64,000 nucleotides of DNA from Patescibacteria group bacterium (GTDB lineage: Bacteria; Patescibacteriota; Minisyncoccia; Minisyncoccales; RBG-13-36-15). Shown here piece after piece: positions 61,417-64,000 of the stretch. Under the pieces are notes generated by a model that did no database searches, had not been told where the DNA came from, and worked only from the letters and a program-made list of their open reading frames with translations. Location of the stretch: the NCBI GenBank assembly GCA_022574775.1, contig JACZRI010000002.1, positions 10,303 to 74,302 on the forward strand. Reading direction: 5' to 3'. The first letter of the stretch is position 1, and the number at the start of each line of letters is the position of its first letter. A program made the translations under genes and the position numbers.

Positions 61417-62220
61417 CTATTGAACGGTTAACGTTCCTTCCATGCCCTTTACTTGATGTCCCGGGACTGAACAAAAAAAGGTATAAGTTCCAGAAGCAGA
61501 AACTGTGAATTCAATGCTATCTGTCTTTCCAGAAGCAATAGTGTTCGTTCCCACTCCTAATTCAGTAATTTTAAAGTTGTGGATAACATTGCCATCATTC
61601 CTGAAAGTTATTTTCAGTTGCTCGCCTGCTGAAACGGTGATTGAAGCTGGATTAAAGCTGAATTCAGTGCCGCTGACCATAATCTCCCTCACTTCCATCA
61701 CAACACCAGCACTCTTGGTAACAGTTAAAGGTTTTACCACAATCGTATCACCCTCTTTTGCCGGTACATCATCTCCTGGAAATTCATACACTCCATCTCC
61801 ATCATCAATATGGACCATAGCAAAAAGGGAGTTTTCTCCTTCTTGAAGCTCACTTACCTCGACCCCAACATTCGTGTAGGTTCCCGATGCAAAAAGAGCA
61901 GAGTTTCCGATGACCGATCCCGGCTTCCCATCTTGAGAAAGATGAATCACCATATATCCAGCGTCTTTAAAACTCACCTCTTGAATGATTACTTGGTCTT
62001 CTACGGTTTCCTGATCTTGGACAGTAATGACAGTCTGTGTTGCCGGTGGTATAGGCTTAATTTCTAACGGCGCAGGCGTCAATTCCTGGGTTGGAGCCGG
62101 GGTCTCATACCTTCCCTTCAACAGAAAATAACCGCCAATAACAACTATCAAAATAATCACTATCACCCCAATCCAATTATGGCCGCACATCTTCTCTGAT
62201 TTACAAATTAGGCATTTCAT
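61417..62220 (-). CDS. membrane-anchored cupredoxin (type 1 copper) protein
   Basis: C-terminal HNF...FFCSVPGHQVKGMEG (His, Cys, His, Met ligand spacing). N-terminal TM helix and a middle beta-rich domain. Confidence 0.8.
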   Translation of the reverse strand: MKCLICKSEKMCGHNWIGVIVIILIVVIGGYFLLKGRYETPAPTQELTPAPLEIKPIPPATQTVITVQDQETVEDQVIIQEVSFKDAGYMVIHLSQDGKPGSVIGNSALFASGTYTNVGVEVSELQEGENSLFAMVHIDDGDGVYEFPGDDVPAKEGDTIVVKPLTVTKSAGVVMEVREIMVSGTEFSFNPASITVSAGEQLKITFRNDGNVIHNFKITELGVGTNTIASGKTDSIEFTVSASGTYTFFCSVPGHQVKGMEGTLTVQ

Positions 62221-62316
62221 ATTTTTAACACTTCGGCGCAGCTCAGTGCCAATCCTGAGCCTACCGAATAGATTGATTATTAGTTAAGACTGAAGTCGAC
62301 CTTTATTAATATTATC

Positions 62317-62772
62317 TCATTTTTTCTCAATCTTTTCTATTTTTTGAATTCTCCTTTTATGGCGAATCAGTTTACTAAATTTTGTTTTCAAAAAAGTTCT
62401 GACAATCTCCTTGATTATTTTTTCTTTGAGCTCCCAGCCATCAAGACATAAAATATTAATGTCGTCTTCTTTCCTTAAGTGTCTTGTTTGAAAAATAGTA
62501 AAAGCTTGGGCTGCCCTAATACCTTTAATTTTGTTAGCTGTGATACACATCCCTCCTCCCGACCCGCAAATCAAAATTCCCTTAGCTTTTGTTTTAGCAA
62601 CTTTTTTGGCAACAAGAATTGCAAAATCCGGGTAATCGTCTTTTGGATCAAATCTGCTATTCCCTAAATCTTTAAAATCAATCCTCATTTTTTTGAGGTA
62701 TTTTTTTATTTTTTCTTTTAATTTGAATCCGTTGTGGTCTGCTCCTAAAAAAATTTCCATATAAATGGCCAT
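62317..62772 (-). CDS. rpiB: ribose-5-phosphate isomerase B
   Basis: LGADHNGFKLKE and ILICGSGGGMCI.ANK..GIRAA motifs. Alternative start at ATG 62760. Confidence 0.88.
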   Translation of the reverse strand: MAIYMEIFLGADHNGFKLKEKIKKYLKKMRIDFKDLGNSRFDPKDDYPDFAILVAKKVAKTKAKGILICGSGGGMCITANKIKGIRAAQAFTIFQTRHLRKEDDINILCLDGWELKEKIIKEIVRTFLKTKFSKLIRHKRRIQKIEKIEKK

Positions 62773-62805
62773 ATGGTTAAATGATTATATTGCTACGTTA
62801 CTACA

Positions 62806-62834
62806 TTGAAAAAAATTTGATAGTATACTATATA
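62806..62834 (+). promoter_or_regulatory. plus-strand promoter-like site pointing into the gnd 3' end
   Basis: TTGAAA (62806-11), 17 nt, TATATA (62829-34). Followed by AAGGAGGTGA. Confidence 0.45.
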
Positions 62835-62864
62835 GTAATTAGCGCAAATAAAGGAGGTGATAAC

Positions 62865-62918
62865 ATGGCCCGGTACTTTGAAACCTCGTTGCCAAGCGAT
62901 CATTTTGTCACTTCATGA
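62865..62918 (+). CDS. candidate 17-aa micro-ORF with perfect SD, antisense to the gnd 3' end
   Basis: AAGGAGGTGA, 7 nt from GGAGG to the ATG. Encodes MARYFETSLPSDHFVTS-stop. Overlaps the gnd stop region by 19 nt. Confidence 0.3.
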   Translation: MARYFETSLPSDHFVTS

Positions 62919-63811
62919 TGGCCGAATTGTTCTCTCAAGGCAGATAGGATTTTTCCTGTGTAGCTTGGTTTTTTCTGGCTTTGAAGACGAAATTGAAAAG
63001 AATCTTCAATCACTCTCACTTTCATTTTCCATTTTTTAGCTATCTTTATTGTCCACTCCCCTTCTCCAGTATGGGAAACCTTGCCTGACACAGCTTTCAA
63101 GTTTTGCCCATGCCTTTTAAAAGCTCTTTTTAACCAGTAAATTAAGCGAGACTCGACAACACTGCTATGATTATAAATATCAGCAACTTTCTTTAAATCA
63201 AGTTTAAAAGGAGAATTTTTCATCAAATTAAATCCTTCTGCAATAGACTGCATCATTCCATACTCAATACCATTATGAACCATCTTCACAAAATGGCCAG
63301 TTCCTTTCCCTGGAAAAAATTGAAAGCCATTTTTTACTGCTAAATCTTTAAAAAGAGGCTTTAACTTTTCAAAGTTTTTCTTCTTACCCCCAATCATCAA
63401 ACAAGCGCCTGTTCTGGCTCCTCCTGGCCCTCCAGATACTCCTACATCTAAAAACTCAATTCCCGTATTACCAAGTTTTTTTGCTCTTTTGATTGAATCT
63501 AAATAAAAAGAATTACCGCCATCAATAATAATATCTCCTTTTTTCAAAAATTTAATTAGCCCTTTTTTACTAAAAATCACCTCATCAACAGGTTTGCCAT
63601 CTGGCACCATTACCCAAATGACTCGAGGAAAAGTTAGTTTCCCGACCAAATCTTCCAGAGAGTCTGCAGGAATTGCTCCCTTTTTAGCCAATTCTCTTTT
63701 TACTCTTGAATTTTTATCATATACGACAGCTCTCCACTTTCTCTGCCTCAATCTCAAAACCATATTCTTTCCCATCTTTCCCAAACCAATAAAACCTATT
63801 TCTTTCTTCAT
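62900..63811 (-). CDS. gnd: 6-phosphogluconate dehydrogenase, decarboxylating (short YqeC/Gnd-like form)
   Basis: 303-aa ORF with a Rossmann N-terminus IGFIGLGKMGKNM and a HNGIEYG.MQ..AEG motif. Confidence 0.85.
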   Translation of the reverse strand: MKKEIGFIGLGKMGKNMVLRLRQRKWRAVVYDKNSRVKRELAKKGAIPADSLEDLVGKLTFPRVIWVMVPDGKPVDEVIFSKKGLIKFLKKGDIIIDGGNSFYLDSIKRAKKLGNTGIEFLDVGVSGGPGGARTGACLMIGGKKKNFEKLKPLFKDLAVKNGFQFFPGKGTGHFVKMVHNGIEYGMMQSIAEGFNLMKNSPFKLDLKKVADIYNHSSVVESRLIYWLKRAFKRHGQNLKAVSGKVSHTGEGEWTIKIAKKWKMKVRVIEDSFQFRLQSQKKPSYTGKILSALREQFGHHEVTK

Positions 63812-64000
63812 GTTTTTAATAAAATAACTCTCGCCGGAGAACCATCAAGGTTTGTAAATTTTAATGGCAATCCAATAAAGAAATATTTTCCAGCTTTCGC
63901 TTTTGACAAGTCCAAACCTTCAAAGATAACTATACCATTTTTTAAAAGTTCTGTGTGGGGTCTCGTATCTTTTCCGCCCCGTTTTTTCACAGAGAAATAA
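63808..64000 (-). CDS. cyclase-family (kynurenine formamidase-like) protein, C-terminal part only
   Basis: The frame is open to the window edge. C-terminus ...GKYFFIGLPLKFTNLDGSPARVILL resembles the cyclase-family end. Overlaps the gnd start by 4 nt. Confidence 0.5.
   Translation of the reverse strand, partial: YFSVKKRGGKDTRPHTELLKNGIVIFEGLDLSKAKAGKYFFIGLPLKFTNLDGSPARVILLKT

Noticed and set aside
62857-63039. 60-aa plus-strand ORF starting at the GTG inside AAGGAGGTGA.
   Set aside because: Its start codon is part of the SD and the frame is antisense to gnd. The 17-codon ATG frame at 62865 is better placed, though still unproven.

Overview
AT-rich, gene-dense fragment with almost all genes on the minus strand. 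It looks like a Patescibacteria/CPR-type genome. That is an inference from small genes, no L30 gene between rpsE and rplO, start codons without Shine-Dalgarno (SD) sequences, Zn-ribbon ribosomal proteins and a pilin-LamG fusion. Backbone genes: gatC, two mreB paralogs, proS, rseP, frr, holB, murA; rplM-rpsI and the alpha operon (infA-rpmJ-rpsM-rpsK-rpsD-rpoA-rplQ); an FtsA/PilM-like ATPase, alaS, mnmA, tpiA, galT, a GT2; the str-S10-spc superoperon (rpsL-rpsG-[insert]-fusA-tuf-rpsJ...rplO-secY-adk-map); rpmB plus tRNA-Pro(GGG); thiI, a ZIP transporter, a PD-(D/E)xK nuclease; a cobalamin-riboswitch operon (DUF4430, membrane protein, class II RNR, cobO); Ni-SOD sodN-sodX; a cupredoxin; rpiB-gnd. 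Several signals are not explained by the gene list. (1) Two GC-rich plus-strand mini-cassettes share an identical consensus promoter block and a GGAAGGAGG SD. One is wedged head-on between rpsG and fusA. (2) A stand-alone gene encodes seven near-identical 33-aa (99-bp) repeats with combinatorial variable blocks. (3) Nearly every stop-to-start spacer in the ribosomal operons is filled by an imperfect hairpin built from tandem 7-8-nt words. One is an 86-nt spacer duplicated on both sides of rpsK, and word arms also sit in frame inside CDSs. (4) A 63-bp exact duplication of the fusA 3' end has a synonymously recoded terminus and flanks a structured GC-rich element. (5) Modular GC-rich structured intergenic elements show compensatory stem changes. 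(6) There is a promoter-to-terminator candidate ncRNA, plus two micro-ORFs, one starting with a HypB-like MCxxCGCG motif. No CRISPR array, rRNA, transposase, integrase or reverse transcriptase was recognised. All functional calls come from reading the translations, and no database search was run.
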